Below, in pieces: positions 50,040-60,864 of a stretch of DNA of 64,000 bases. A program made the translations under genes and the position numbers. Below the pieces are notes generated by a model that saw only the letters and a list, made by a program, of their open reading frames with translations, was not told where the DNA came from and ran no database searches. Position 1 is the first letter of the stretch; the number at the start of each line of letters is the position of its first letter. The DNA comes from an uncultured Chloroflexia bacterium (lineage in GTDB: Bacteria > Chloroflexota > Dehalococcoidia > UBA2979): contig CAVSIV010000001.1 in NCBI GenBank assembly GCA_963728205.1, positions 1,024,001 through 1,088,000 on the forward strand, read 5' to 3'.

Positions 50040-50574
50040 CGCCGTCCTCCGTCGTCCTCAGCTCGTTCGCGAGGGCGCGCAGCGCGCCCCAGCGGTCGTC
50101 GCCCGCGGTGACGGCGCAGCCGCACCGCGTTTCGTTCAGGTCGACCCCACAGATGGGGCAGAGGCCCGCGCAGTCCTCCCGGCACAGCGGCACGAGCGGC
50201 AGGGCCGACTGCTCATATTGCCTGACGGCCTCGCTGAGATCGAGATGCCGGTGCTCGTCGATCAGGAAGTCGTCGGGGTCCGGCTCGCGGCCCGGCTCCT
50301 GCACGTGCGGGTCATCCGGCGCGACGTACTCCTCGTCGAAGACGAGCGGCACGGTCGTCGTGAACGGCTTCAGGCAGCGCGCGCACTCGAACTCGACCTG
50401 CTCGCTGAGCTCGGCCATCACCAGCACGCCGCGCTCGGAGCGGATCAGCCGCACATCACCGTCGACATCGCGCTGGAAGCCGGCCTCGGGCACCGCGACG
50501 AGCTCGTGCTCGGCCCGGTATTCGCGGCTGCTCCCCACCGGCTCGAGGAGCAGCGTCGAGACATTGATCAACAC
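50020..50574 (-). CDS. yceD: YceD/DUF177 family protein
   Basis: CARCL, LCREDCAGLCPICG, DRWGAL; upstream of rpmF. Confidence 0.92.
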   Translation of the reverse strand: MLINVSTLLLEPVGSSREYRAEHELVAVPEAGFQRDVDGDVRLIRSERGVLVMAELSEQVEFECARCLKPFTTTVPLVFDEEYVAPDDPHVQEPGREPDPDDFLIDEHRHLDLSEAVRQYEQSALPLVPLCREDCAGLCPICGVDLNETRCGCAVTAGDDRWGALRALANELRTTEDGDGGSEA

Positions 50575-50659
50575 GGGAGGGTCCTTCGGGATTGGGCTTC
50601 GATCCTAGCATCGCGCGAGCGGGCCCACGAGCGGTGCGCGCCCGTAGACTCGACCGGCG

Positions 50660-52087
50660 ATGAAGGCAGTGGGGTACCTCCGCGAGCTCCCGCACGCCTC
50701 CCCGGTCCTTGCCCTGGAGCGGCAGCAGCGCGTCTTCCTGCTCGCCTGTGCCGACGCCGGGCTCGAGGCCGGCCCGGTGTTCACCGACGTCGCGGAGGAG
50801 CCCGGACAGCCGGAGTTCCGGCGCCTGCTGCGCCTCGCCGCCCGCGAGGGGCAGCACGGCTTCACGACGCTCGTCGTGGCCGACGTCGGCGTGCTCGGCG
50901 ACACCGCGCGCGAGCAGTGGCTGCGCGCGCTCCAGGCGGGTGCGCGCGGGCTCGCGCTGCGCCTCGCGATCGGCGGCCGCGCCGTGGGCGTGCGCGACGT
51001 CGACGCGGCGCTCGTCGCGGCCTGGCGGGCGCGGGCCCCGGAGGAGCGCCGCCGCGAGCGCTCGCTCGAGGGCATGCGGCGGCGCGCGCTGCGCGGCGAG
51101 GTGCTCGGCCGGCCGCCGTACGGCTACCGCGTGGTCCGCGTGCCGGCGGCGGAGTCAGGTCCGAGCGGGCCGCGCAGCCGCCTCGCGCCCGACCCGCTCG
51201 AAGCGCCGATCGTCGAGCGGATCTTCGCGCTCTACCTGGAGTCGGGAGAGGGCGTGCGGCGCATCGCAGCGCGCCTCAATGCCGACGGCGTGCGCACGCG
51301 GCGCGGCGCGGCATGGAACGTCGCGACCGTGCGCGCGCTCCTGCGCAACCCGGTGTACACGGGGCTCTACCGCCGGCTCGGCGTCACGATCCCCGGCGCG
51401 CACCGCCCGCTGGTTTCGCGCGCCGACTTCGGCGCCGTGCAACGACGCCTCTCGGCGCGCAGCACGAGCCGCGGCGGTGGACGCCGCCACGACTACCCGC
51501 TGTCCGGCGTCGCGCGCTGCGGCTACTGCGGCTCGCGCCTCGTGGGCCTCAGCCGCGCGTCCGCGGACGGCACGCCGCAACGCTCGTACCGCTGCGGCGC
51601 CGCGCTGAACCAGGGGCGGTGTCGCGCGCGAGCGCGGCGCGCCGACGACCTCGAGGACGAGGTGCTCGGCTCCGTTGCCGCCGGGCCCGAGGTCGCTCCA
51701 CCGCGCGCGCCGCTGCTCCCGCCCGCGCCTCCGCCGGCAGACGCCGGCGAGGAGCCGCGCGCCCGTGCGCTGCGCCGCGAGCTCGACCGGCTGGTCGAGC
51801 GCCACGCGGGCGGCGAGTGGACGCTCGACGACCTCCAGCGCCGCGCCGGCCCGATCGCGCTCGAGCTGCTCGCGCTCGAGGAGCGCGCCACGCAGGTGGC
51901 GCCCGGCGGCGACGCCGCGCGCGCGGGGGACACCGCGGCCCACGGCGTCGCCCACGCCGATGCGCGGCGGCGGCTCGTCGTCGGCTGGACGGACCTCGAC
52001 GAGGCCGAGCGGCGCGCGCTCTTGCTCGAGGTGGTGCGGGAGGTCATCGTGACGGACGACGACGTGCGGGTCGCGCTCGCTCCCTGA
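50660..52087 (+). CDS. Large serine recombinase homologue with degenerate catalytic domain
   Basis: Resolvase-like N-terminus (AVGYLRE), PPYGY, LRNPVYTG recombinase domain, CGYCG...YRC...C Zn ribbon, coiled coil. Confidence 0.85.
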   Translation: MKAVGYLRELPHASPVLALERQQRVFLLACADAGLEAGPVFTDVAEEPGQPEFRRLLRLAAREGQHGFTTLVVADVGVLGDTAREQWLRALQAGARGLALRLAIGGRAVGVRDVDAALVAAWRARAPEERRRERSLEGMRRRALRGEVLGRPPYGYRVVRVPAAESGPSGPRSRLAPDPLEAPIVERIFALYLESGEGVRRIAARLNADGVRTRRGAAWNVATVRALLRNPVYTGLYRRLGVTIPGAHRPLVSRADFGAVQRRLSARSTSRGGGRRHDYPLSGVARCGYCGSRLVGLSRASADGTPQRSYRCGAALNQGRCRARARRADDLEDEVLGSVAAGPEVAPPRAPLLPPAPPPADAGEEPRARALRRELDRLVERHAGGEWTLDDLQRRAGPIALELLALEERATQVAPGGDAARAGDTAAHGVAHADARRRLVVGWTDLDEAERRALLLEVVREVIVTDDDVRVALAP

Positions 52088-52110
52088 CCCCGTCGCACGC
52101 GAGCAGGTGC

Positions 52111-52930
52111 ATGCAGAATCCCCGCCCGGCCCGCAGCCGTCGCGCCGCTCTTCCGGCGTGCGTTCTCCTCGCTGCCGCGCTGGCGCTCGTCGCGTGCCGC
52201 GGATCGGCGCCGCCGCCGGTCGTGCACGTCTACGCCGCCACGTCGCTGCAGTCGGTGTTGCCCGGCGTGTTGCGCCACTTCGAGCTGGCATACCCGGGCG
52301 TGCAGGTGACGACGCAGTACGACGAGTCGCAGACGCTCGCGGCGCGCGTGCTCGCCGGCGGCCACGCCGACGTCTTCGTCTCCGGCGACGCCGCGCCCGT
52401 GGAGCGGCTGGCCGGGGCCGCCCGCGTCGAGCGGTCCGCGCCGCTGGTGGAGAACCATCTTGCGATTGCGGTGCGGCGGGTCTCGCAGATTCGAGGGGCT
52501 CGACGGTCTGACGCAGCCGGGCGTGCGCATCGCGGTCGCCGCGCCGGGTACGCCGCTCGCGGCGCTCACCGAACAGGCGCTGGCTCGGCTCGACCCGGTG
52601 GTGGCGGCGGCGCTGCGCGCGCATTTCGCGCTGCACGATCCCGACGCGAGCGTGCTGCTGTCGCACGTCGACCTGGGCGAGGCCGACGCGGCGTTCGTCT
52701 ACCAGACCGACCTCGCGCGGTGGCCGGACGAGCGGACGATCGACCTGCCGGCGGCGGCGTCGCTGACGGCCAACCGCTACGTGATCGCGGAGCTCGCCGG
52801 CGCCGCGCCGGCGTCGGCGCCGCTCGTCGACTACCTGCTGGGCGATACGGCGCGCCGCGCGTTCGTCGCCGCCGGCTTCCGGCCGGTGACGGCAGCGGCG
52901 CCGGCCGCGGCCGCCACGGCGTCGCCGTGA
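52111..52930 (+). CDS. ModA-like substrate-binding lipoprotein; frameshift at ~52490
   Basis: Lipobox LVAC, VYAATSL, ADVFVSG, GEADAAFVYQTD; one extra T in CAGATTCGAG joins the two frames. Confidence 0.75.
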
Positions 52931-52963
52931 GCGCCGGGCGGCGCGCCCCGGTACGATGGTCCG

Positions 52964-53352
52964 ACCAGGGGGCCGGGTGGCCGCCGGTTCCGCTTCGCGC
53001 CTCGGCGCGGGCGGGACGGGAGGAAAGTCCGAACTCCACCGGACAGGGTGCCGGCTAACGGCCGGGCGGCGCGAGCCGACGGAAAGTGCCACAGAAACAT
53101 ACCGCCGGGCCGCTCGCGGACCGGCAAGGGTGAAATGGTGCGGCAAGAGCGCACCGGCGTCTCGGAGACGGGGCGGCCGGGCAAACCCCACCCGGAGCAA
53201 GACCAAATAGGGGAGCGCGAAGGGGACGTCCGGCCCTGCTCCCGGGTAGGTCGCTGGAGGCGGCGGGCAACCGTCGTCGTAGATGGATGGCCACCACCGT
53301 GTCGCCGTGGGCTGGCGGCGCGGCACAGAATTCGGCTTACAGGCCCCCTGGT
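52964..53352 (+). ncRNA. rnpB: RNase P RNA (type A)
   Basis: GAGGAAAGTCC, GGAAAGTGCCACAGAAA, GGCAAACCCC, ACAGAATTCGGCTTA; terminal P1 ACCAGGGGGCC/GGCCCCCTGGT. Confidence 0.97.
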
Positions 53353-53457
53353 GCCCAGCGTCCGGCCCCGCAACCGCCGGACTGCCGGCCCGGCAGAAGC
53401 CGGGACGAATGACGGCCCGGCCGAAGCCGCCGGGGAGTGCCGGCGGCTCGGCTCGCG

Positions 53458-53877
53458 TTACGCGCGCTGCATGATCGCCTGGCCCCGCTGGATCACCTGG
53501 TCGACGTCTACGATCAGTGCCTTGCCCTTGCGCTCCGGGTCCTGGTTGCGCTCCACCTCGGGAGAGGCGTCGTACACCTGCGCCCGGGTCTGCTCGCTGT
53601 CGTCGACGTGCGCACGCCCGAGGAACTGCCACGCCAGCCGCGTCGCCGGGTTGCGGTAGAGGAGCGCGACCTTCGGATTCGTGGCGACGGCAGCGAGGAT
53701 GCCGCCCTCCGGGTTGCGCACCCAGATCGCGATCTGGTCCGTGCTGAAGACCTGCGTGGTGCCGCGGAACGAAATATGCGGCTGCCCGGTGGCGTCCGCG
53801 TACGAAACGATGACGGGGGCTCGATCGGTCAGCGCGCTCGCCAGCGCGTCCCGCATCTCGTCCGTGAGCTCGATCAC
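53458..53877 (-). CDS. Pyridoxamine 5'-phosphate oxidase-like (split-barrel) protein
   Basis: GQPHISFRG, NPKVALL, QFLGRA; GTG start after AAGGA. Confidence 0.8.
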   Translation of the reverse strand: MIELTDEMRDALASALTDRAPVIVSYADATGQPHISFRGTTQVFSTDQIAIWVRNPEGGILAAVATNPKVALLYRNPATRLAWQFLGRAHVDDSEQTRAQVYDASPEVERNQDPERKGKALIVDVDQVIQRGQAIMQRA

Positions 53878-54004
53878 TGGCAGGTCCTTCCGATAGGGCA
53901 TTTCGTAGTGCGCGGTAGTTTCTGCACCGTACGGTCGCGCCGCAAGCGACCGGCGTCGCGCGGCCCGGCGGGACGATCCGCGGGCGACCCCGTAGCATGC
54001 TCGC

Positions 54005-55555
54005 ATGACCAACGACGAACCGCGTCGTCCGCCCCGCGGCGACTGGCGCGACGCCCTGGCCGGCGAGCCGCACGGCGTCGACGACGTCGCGGCGCTCCCC
54101 GCGATCCGCGCCGTGCAGCACGACTCGCGCCAGGTGGAGCCCGGCGACCTCTTCGTGTGCGTTCCCGGCGATCGCTTCGACGGCCATGCCTTCGCCGGCG
54201 CGGCCGTCGCGGCGGGCGCCGCCGCGCTGGTGGTCGCGCGCGGGCGCGCGGCCGAGCTCGCCCCGCTCGGCGTGCCGGTCGTGGAGGTGGCAGATCCGCG
54301 CGCGGCGCTCGCGACGATTGCCGCGGCGCACGAGGGCTACCCCGCGCACCGGCTCGCCGTCGTCGGCATCACCGGCACCGATGGCAAGTCGACGACGGCG
54401 TTTCTCGTCCACGCGGCGCTCACGCGCTGCGGCGTGCGCGCCGGGCTGCTCACGACGATCGAGTCGCGCATCGGCGACGAGCGCGTGACGGGGCTGCCGC
54501 GCCTGACGACGCAGGAGGCGAACGTCGTGCAGCGGCTGCTCGGCGAGATGGTCGACGCCGGCTGCACGCACGCGGTGGTGGAGGCGACGTCGCACGGCCT
54601 CGAGCTGCACCGGCTCGACGGATGCGAGTTCGACGTCGGCATCTTCACGAACCTGAGCGGCGACCACCTCGACTTCCACGGCAGCTTCGAGGCGTACCGC
54701 CGCGCGAAGGCGCGCCTGTTCGAGGCGCTGGGGCGGCCGGGCGGCAAGACCGGCACCGCCGCCGTGCGGCCGCACGCGATCCTCAACGCCGACGACGCGA
54801 ACTGGCGTCACTTCGCGCACGCGACGTCGGCGCAGGTGGTGACCTACGCGCTCGACGCGAAGGCGGACGTGCGGGCGCGCGACGTGATGCTGTGGCCCGA
54901 CGGGGCGACGTTCGTGCTCGCCGCCGGCGACGACACGATTGAGGCGAGCGTCGCGCTTCCCGGGCGGTTCAACGTGGCGAACGCCGCCGCCGCGATCACG
55001 GCGGCCGCCGCGCTCGGCCTGGATGCGGGGCTCGCGGCGGCCGGCGTGGCGGCGTGCACCGGCGTACCGGGGCGCATGGAGCGCATCGCCGGCGCGCCGT
55101 TCGACGTGGTCGTCGACTACGCGCACACGCCGGACGCGCTGCGGAAGGTGCTGCAGACGTTGCGGCCGGTGGTCGAGGGGCGGCTGATCGTCGTGTTCGG
55201 CTGCGCGGGGGAGCGGTCGCGAGACCGGCGCTCGGGGCTCGGCGCGGTTGCCGCCGAGCTCGCGGATCTCGCCGTGCTGACGGAGGAGGACCCGCGCAGC
55301 GAGCCGTCTGAGGCGATCATCGAGGAGATCGCCGAAGCGATGCGCGCGGCGGGAGCCGTCGAGGCGGAGCGGTTCGAGCGTGTCGTGGACCGTCGCGCCG
55401 CGATCGACCGCGCGCTCGCGGTGGCCGGGCCGGGCGACTTCGTGCTGCTCGCGGGCAAGGGGCATGAGCAGACGATCGAACGCGCGGACGGCGCCCACCC
55501 GTGGGACGACTGCGCGGTCGCCCGCGAGCTGATACGGGCGCGCTTCGGCGAGTAG
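54005..55555 (+). CDS. murE: UDP-MurNAc-tripeptide synthetase MurE
   Basis: DSRQV, GITGTDGKST, EATSHGL, TNLSGDHLDFH, VDYAHTPD, LAGKGHE. Confidence 0.94.
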   Translation: MTNDEPRRPPRGDWRDALAGEPHGVDDVAALPAIRAVQHDSRQVEPGDLFVCVPGDRFDGHAFAGAAVAAGAAALVVARGRAAELAPLGVPVVEVADPRAALATIAAAHEGYPAHRLAVVGITGTDGKSTTAFLVHAALTRCGVRAGLLTTIESRIGDERVTGLPRLTTQEANVVQRLLGEMVDAGCTHAVVEATSHGLELHRLDGCEFDVGIFTNLSGDHLDFHGSFEAYRRAKARLFEALGRPGGKTGTAAVRPHAILNADDANWRHFAHATSAQVVTYALDAKADVRARDVMLWPDGATFVLAAGDDTIEASVALPGRFNVANAAAAITAAAALGLDAGLAAAGVAACTGVPGRMERIAGAPFDVVVDYAHTPDALRKVLQTLRPVVEGRLIVVFGCAGERSRDRRSGLGAVAAELADLAVLTEEDPRSEPSEAIIEEIAEAMRAAGAVEAERFERVVDRRAAIDRALAVAGPGDFVLLAGKGHEQTIERADGAHPWDDCAVARELIRARFGE

Positions 55556-55755
55556 CCGCGCGGCTGCGGCTTTGGGGAGCCGTAAGGCCTGTAAGGTTCC
55601 GCCGTGCACGTGGCCGTAGGGTCGACGGCGAAAGACGCGAGGCGGCCCGGGCGCTTTCCGCAAGCACGCGCCCTCGGCGGTGATGATGCTGCGATTCATG
55701 AATGGTTGACCCTGAGGCGGCGGACACGCACGATCTTCGTGTTGACTCTGGCGAC

Positions 55756-55902
55756 ACGCCTAGCTTCGCGCGGTGACGCGCGGAGACGGGGGACCCACCG
55801 GTACCGGGGCGAATCCGCGAGAGGGCCGATGCGCGATGCGCGGAGGGCACCCAGCGGAGCGGCGAGCTCCCGTCGCAGCCCGACAGCTAACCCCGTCGGC
55901 GT
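55756..55902 (+). ncRNA. c-di-AMP (ydaO/yuaA) riboswitch
   Basis: GGGGACCCACC, GGGGCGAATCC, CCCGACAGCTAACCCCGTCGGCGT; P1 ACGCC/GGCGT; promoter TTGACC-N17-CACGAT at 55706-55734. Confidence 0.85.
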
Positions 55903-55930
55903 AGGAGGGCCCGAGAAGGGTTCCTCACAT

Positions 55931-57701
55931 ATGGCAGTTCGCGTTTCACCCGCTCCTGCTCGGCGTCAGCATCACGTGGGGGTGGTTCCCGCCGCGCGCT
56001 GGTTCCCGTCGTTGCGTGCCTCCTCGGCATGGGCCGAGTTCGCCGGCAACATCGCGCCGCTCGCGGCGGCGGTGTTCCTGGCATCGACGATCTTCTGGGC
56101 GCCCTTGAACGGGCGCACGGCGCCGGTGCTGGCGGTGCTGCTGGTGGGCTTCTATGCCTACTGGGGCGTGCGCTCGTTCGCGGTGGCCGGCGCCGCGCTG
56201 GTCGGCCTGCGCCGCATCCGCCGCTGGGAGGTCGTGGACTGGCCGCGCCGCTACCGCGTGTGGGCCTCGCCGCGCGCGCTCGCGCACCCGTGGGAGTGGC
56301 CGCGCCACATGGTGATCGTCCCCAACTACAAGGAGAGCCTGCCCGGCCTCGCGCGCACGCTCGACTCGCTCGCCGCGCAGGCCAACGCGCAGCAGCTCGT
56401 CGTCGTGCTGGCGATGGAGGCCCGCGAGCCGGACGCCCGCGCCAAGGCCACCGCGCTGCGCCTGCGCTACCGCGGCCGCTTCGCGCGCATGTTCGCGACC
56501 TTCCACCCGGCGGACCTCCCCGGCGAGGTCCCCGGCAAGGGCTCGAACGAGGCGTGGGCCGCGCGCCAGGCCTACACGCGCCTCGATCCTCGGCGAGGGC
56601 GACGACCTCGCGCGCTACACGGTCACCAGCTGCGACGCCGACGCCGTCTTCCACCCGCGCCACTTCGACGCGCTCAACTACCTCTTCCTCACCGCGCGCG
56701 ACCGCTACCGCGCGTTCTGGCAGCCGACGATCTTCAACTCCAACAACATCTGGGACATCCCCGCCGCGCTGCGCGTGCCCGACGGCCTCTCCGGCATCAA
56801 CCGCCTCGCCAACCTCGTGCTGCCGACCTCGGTGAAGATGCCGACCTCGTGCTACTCGCTGTCGTGGGCGCTCCTGCACGAGGTGGACTACTGGGACGAG
56901 GAGGTGATCCCGGAGGACTGGCACCTCTTCCTCAAGTGCAGCTACGCGCTGGGCGACCGCGTGCACGTGGAGCCGCTGTACCTGCCGCTGGGCAACGACT
57001 GCGTGCACACCGACGGCACGCTCAAGACGATGCGCGCGCACTACTTCCAGGCGGTGCGCCACGCCTGGGGGGCCTCGGACATCCCCTACGCCTGGCGCGC
57101 CGCCTTCAGCCGCGAGCGGCGGCTGTCACGCAGCCGTTCGCTGCTGCTCGCCGTGAACCTCACGAAGGTGCACGTGCTGTGGTCGTCGCAGTGGTTCCTG
57201 GTCACGCTCGGCGTGCTGGTGCCGGCGCGCCTGGCGGGCGCGCTGGGGGCGCCGATGCCATACTGGTGGACGCACCGTGCCTTCCACGTCCCCGGGCCGA
57301 CCTGGCACCTCGACCATCTGCTCACGCCCCAGCACTGGCTCGTGTTCGGCAAGGCCGGGCTGATCGAGCCCACGATGTGGATGAACATCTGCGGCATGCT
57401 CGTCGCGCTCTGCCTCTTCCCGCTCGTCGCGATCATCGTGGCCGAGTGGCGCACGCGCGGCCCGCGCCCCGCGTACGTCTCGCGGCTGCGCGCCGCCGGG
57501 CAGCTCGCCATGTGGCCGCTGATGGCCGTCATCACCTTCCTCTGGGCCGCGCTCCCCGCCTTCCACGCCCAGTGGCGCCTCGCCTCCGGCCGCGGTCTCG
57601 TCTACCGCGTCGCCGAGAAGGGCGGCCGCCAGCTCGCCCCCGTGATCGCGTTGAGCGACACGAGCACCGAGCCGCAGCCGGTCGCGGTGCGCGCGGAGTA
57701 G
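55931..57701 (+). CDS. Membrane GT2-family glycosyltransferase; frameshift at ~56585
   Basis: IVPNYKE, GKGSN, TSCDAD (DxD), IPED, QAVRHAW; several TMs; ORFs 55604 and 56775 join after removing one base. Confidence 0.82.
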
Positions 57702-57762
57702 CGGCGAAGAGCCGGAACGTTCAGACCCACGGATAGCGCGCAGCTCGAGCGGTTGCCGCGCG

Positions 57763-58518
57763 CTATCCGTGGGTGCCCTGCGCGGCGGAACCCCTCGCCG
57801 CGACCGGGATGCCGGCGGTGGCCGGTTGCGCCGGCGCGGCGCGCGCGGGACGCGTCTCCGGCACCGCCGCGCGCGCGCCCGTCCACCACAGGTGCAGCGC
57901 CGCCGCCTCGACCCAGACGAACGGCGCGGTGATGAAGACGCGCTGGAGGACGCCGCTCCACGGCGCGAGCGCGTGCCAGTGGAACAGCGCGGCGAACACG
58001 ACCGTCACCGCCCCGATCGCGATGGACAGCGCCTGCAGGCGTCGTCGCGCGGCGCCCGGGCGGAAGCGGCGCGACAGCAGCAGCGGCGGCAGCGAGAACA
58101 GCACGTAGCCGTTCGCGAGCATGTCGTGCACGTGGCTGTGCCACGAGGTGAGGCCGAACTGGTCGCGCAGCGCGCACACCGTCGCGGCCTCGGAGCAGTC
58201 GGTGCGGAAGATGCCGGCGGCGATGATGCCGACGCCGACGAGCGCCATGAGGGCCGGGCCGAAGCGCGTGCCGTTCCCCCTGCCGATCGCGCGGAACAGC
58301 CCCACGGCGAAGATCACCGTGCCGACACCGCCGAGGATGAATCCGCCGATCATGAGTGCGGGATTCTGGGCGGTCATCGCGGCCAGCCCGCTGATGTAGT
58401 CGCGCCGGATGTCGTAGCCCGGTTGGAGCAGCCCGGCGAGCACCCACGCGCCCGTCCACGCGAGCGGGGCGAGCGCCCCGCTGACCACTGCCGGACCCCA
58501 GACCGCACGGCGCAGCAC
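57763..58518 (-). CDS. DUF998-like membrane protein
   Basis: PGYDIRRDYISGLAA, GIFRTD, HSHVH, GVLQR; multiple TMs. Confidence 0.8.
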   Translation of the reverse strand: MLRRAVWGPAVVSGALAPLAWTGAWVLAGLLQPGYDIRRDYISGLAAMTAQNPALMIGGFILGGVGTVIFAVGLFRAIGRGNGTRFGPALMALVGVGIIAAGIFRTDCSEAATVCALRDQFGLTSWHSHVHDMLANGYVLFSLPPLLLSRRFRPGAARRRLQALSIAIGAVTVVFAALFHWHALAPWSGVLQRVFITAPFVWVEAAALHLWWTGARAAVPETRPARAAPAQPATAGIPVAARGSAAQGTHG

Positions 58519-58618
58519 AAGACCTCCTCCGGCGCACGGGCGTACGCCAGCACACCGCTTCGCCGCGCAACGAAGCGATCACCACGATTGGGAGGCAGCG
58601 ATGGGACTCTGCCTCCGA

Positions 58619-58730
58619 CGGCCTACGGGGTTAGCTGACGGGTTCGGCGTCGGAAGTCGCCTATGCGCCGAAGCGCAATACACCCCTTGGGATGGTTCCC
58701 CCGTTCCCGGTTTGGCCCGGGACTCGGCCC
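58619..58730 (-). ncRNA. c-di-AMP (ydaO/yuaA) riboswitch
   Basis: Minus strand GCCGAGTCC...CGGGGGAACC...GGGGTG...CCGAACCCGTCAGCTAACCCCGTAGGC; -10 TATCAT at 58755-58760. Confidence 0.9.
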
Positions 58731-58908
58731 GTGAGCGTCGTGCTCACAACTGCCATGATAGCGAATTGCAACGCGGCGCGGGGCGTCCTATCACGGGAAC
58801 GCATCGGGGACGCCCCGCGAATCGACGGAATCTTGCGAAAACGTTACACCGGCCGCACACCCGGCCCGGGCGCGGCCGCCCGGCCGCGCCCGAGGCCGGC
58901 CGTGCGGC

Positions 58909-60801
<1,893 letters not shown>

Positions 60802-60864
60802 CGTCTGCTCCTGTGCCTGCCCGGCCGCGCGGCCGGGTGGGTGCTGGTTGGGAACCGCGTGGCG

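Noticed and set aside
50660-52087. Prophage or integrative element around the recombinase
   Set aside because: No cargo, no att-like direct repeats seen, no compositional shift, catalytic motifs absent
17090-57701. Frameshifted genes as true pseudogenes or programmed frameshifts
   Set aside because: Each has a single indel, no other decay and no slippery heptamer; shared GATC context points to sequencing error (unproven without reads)
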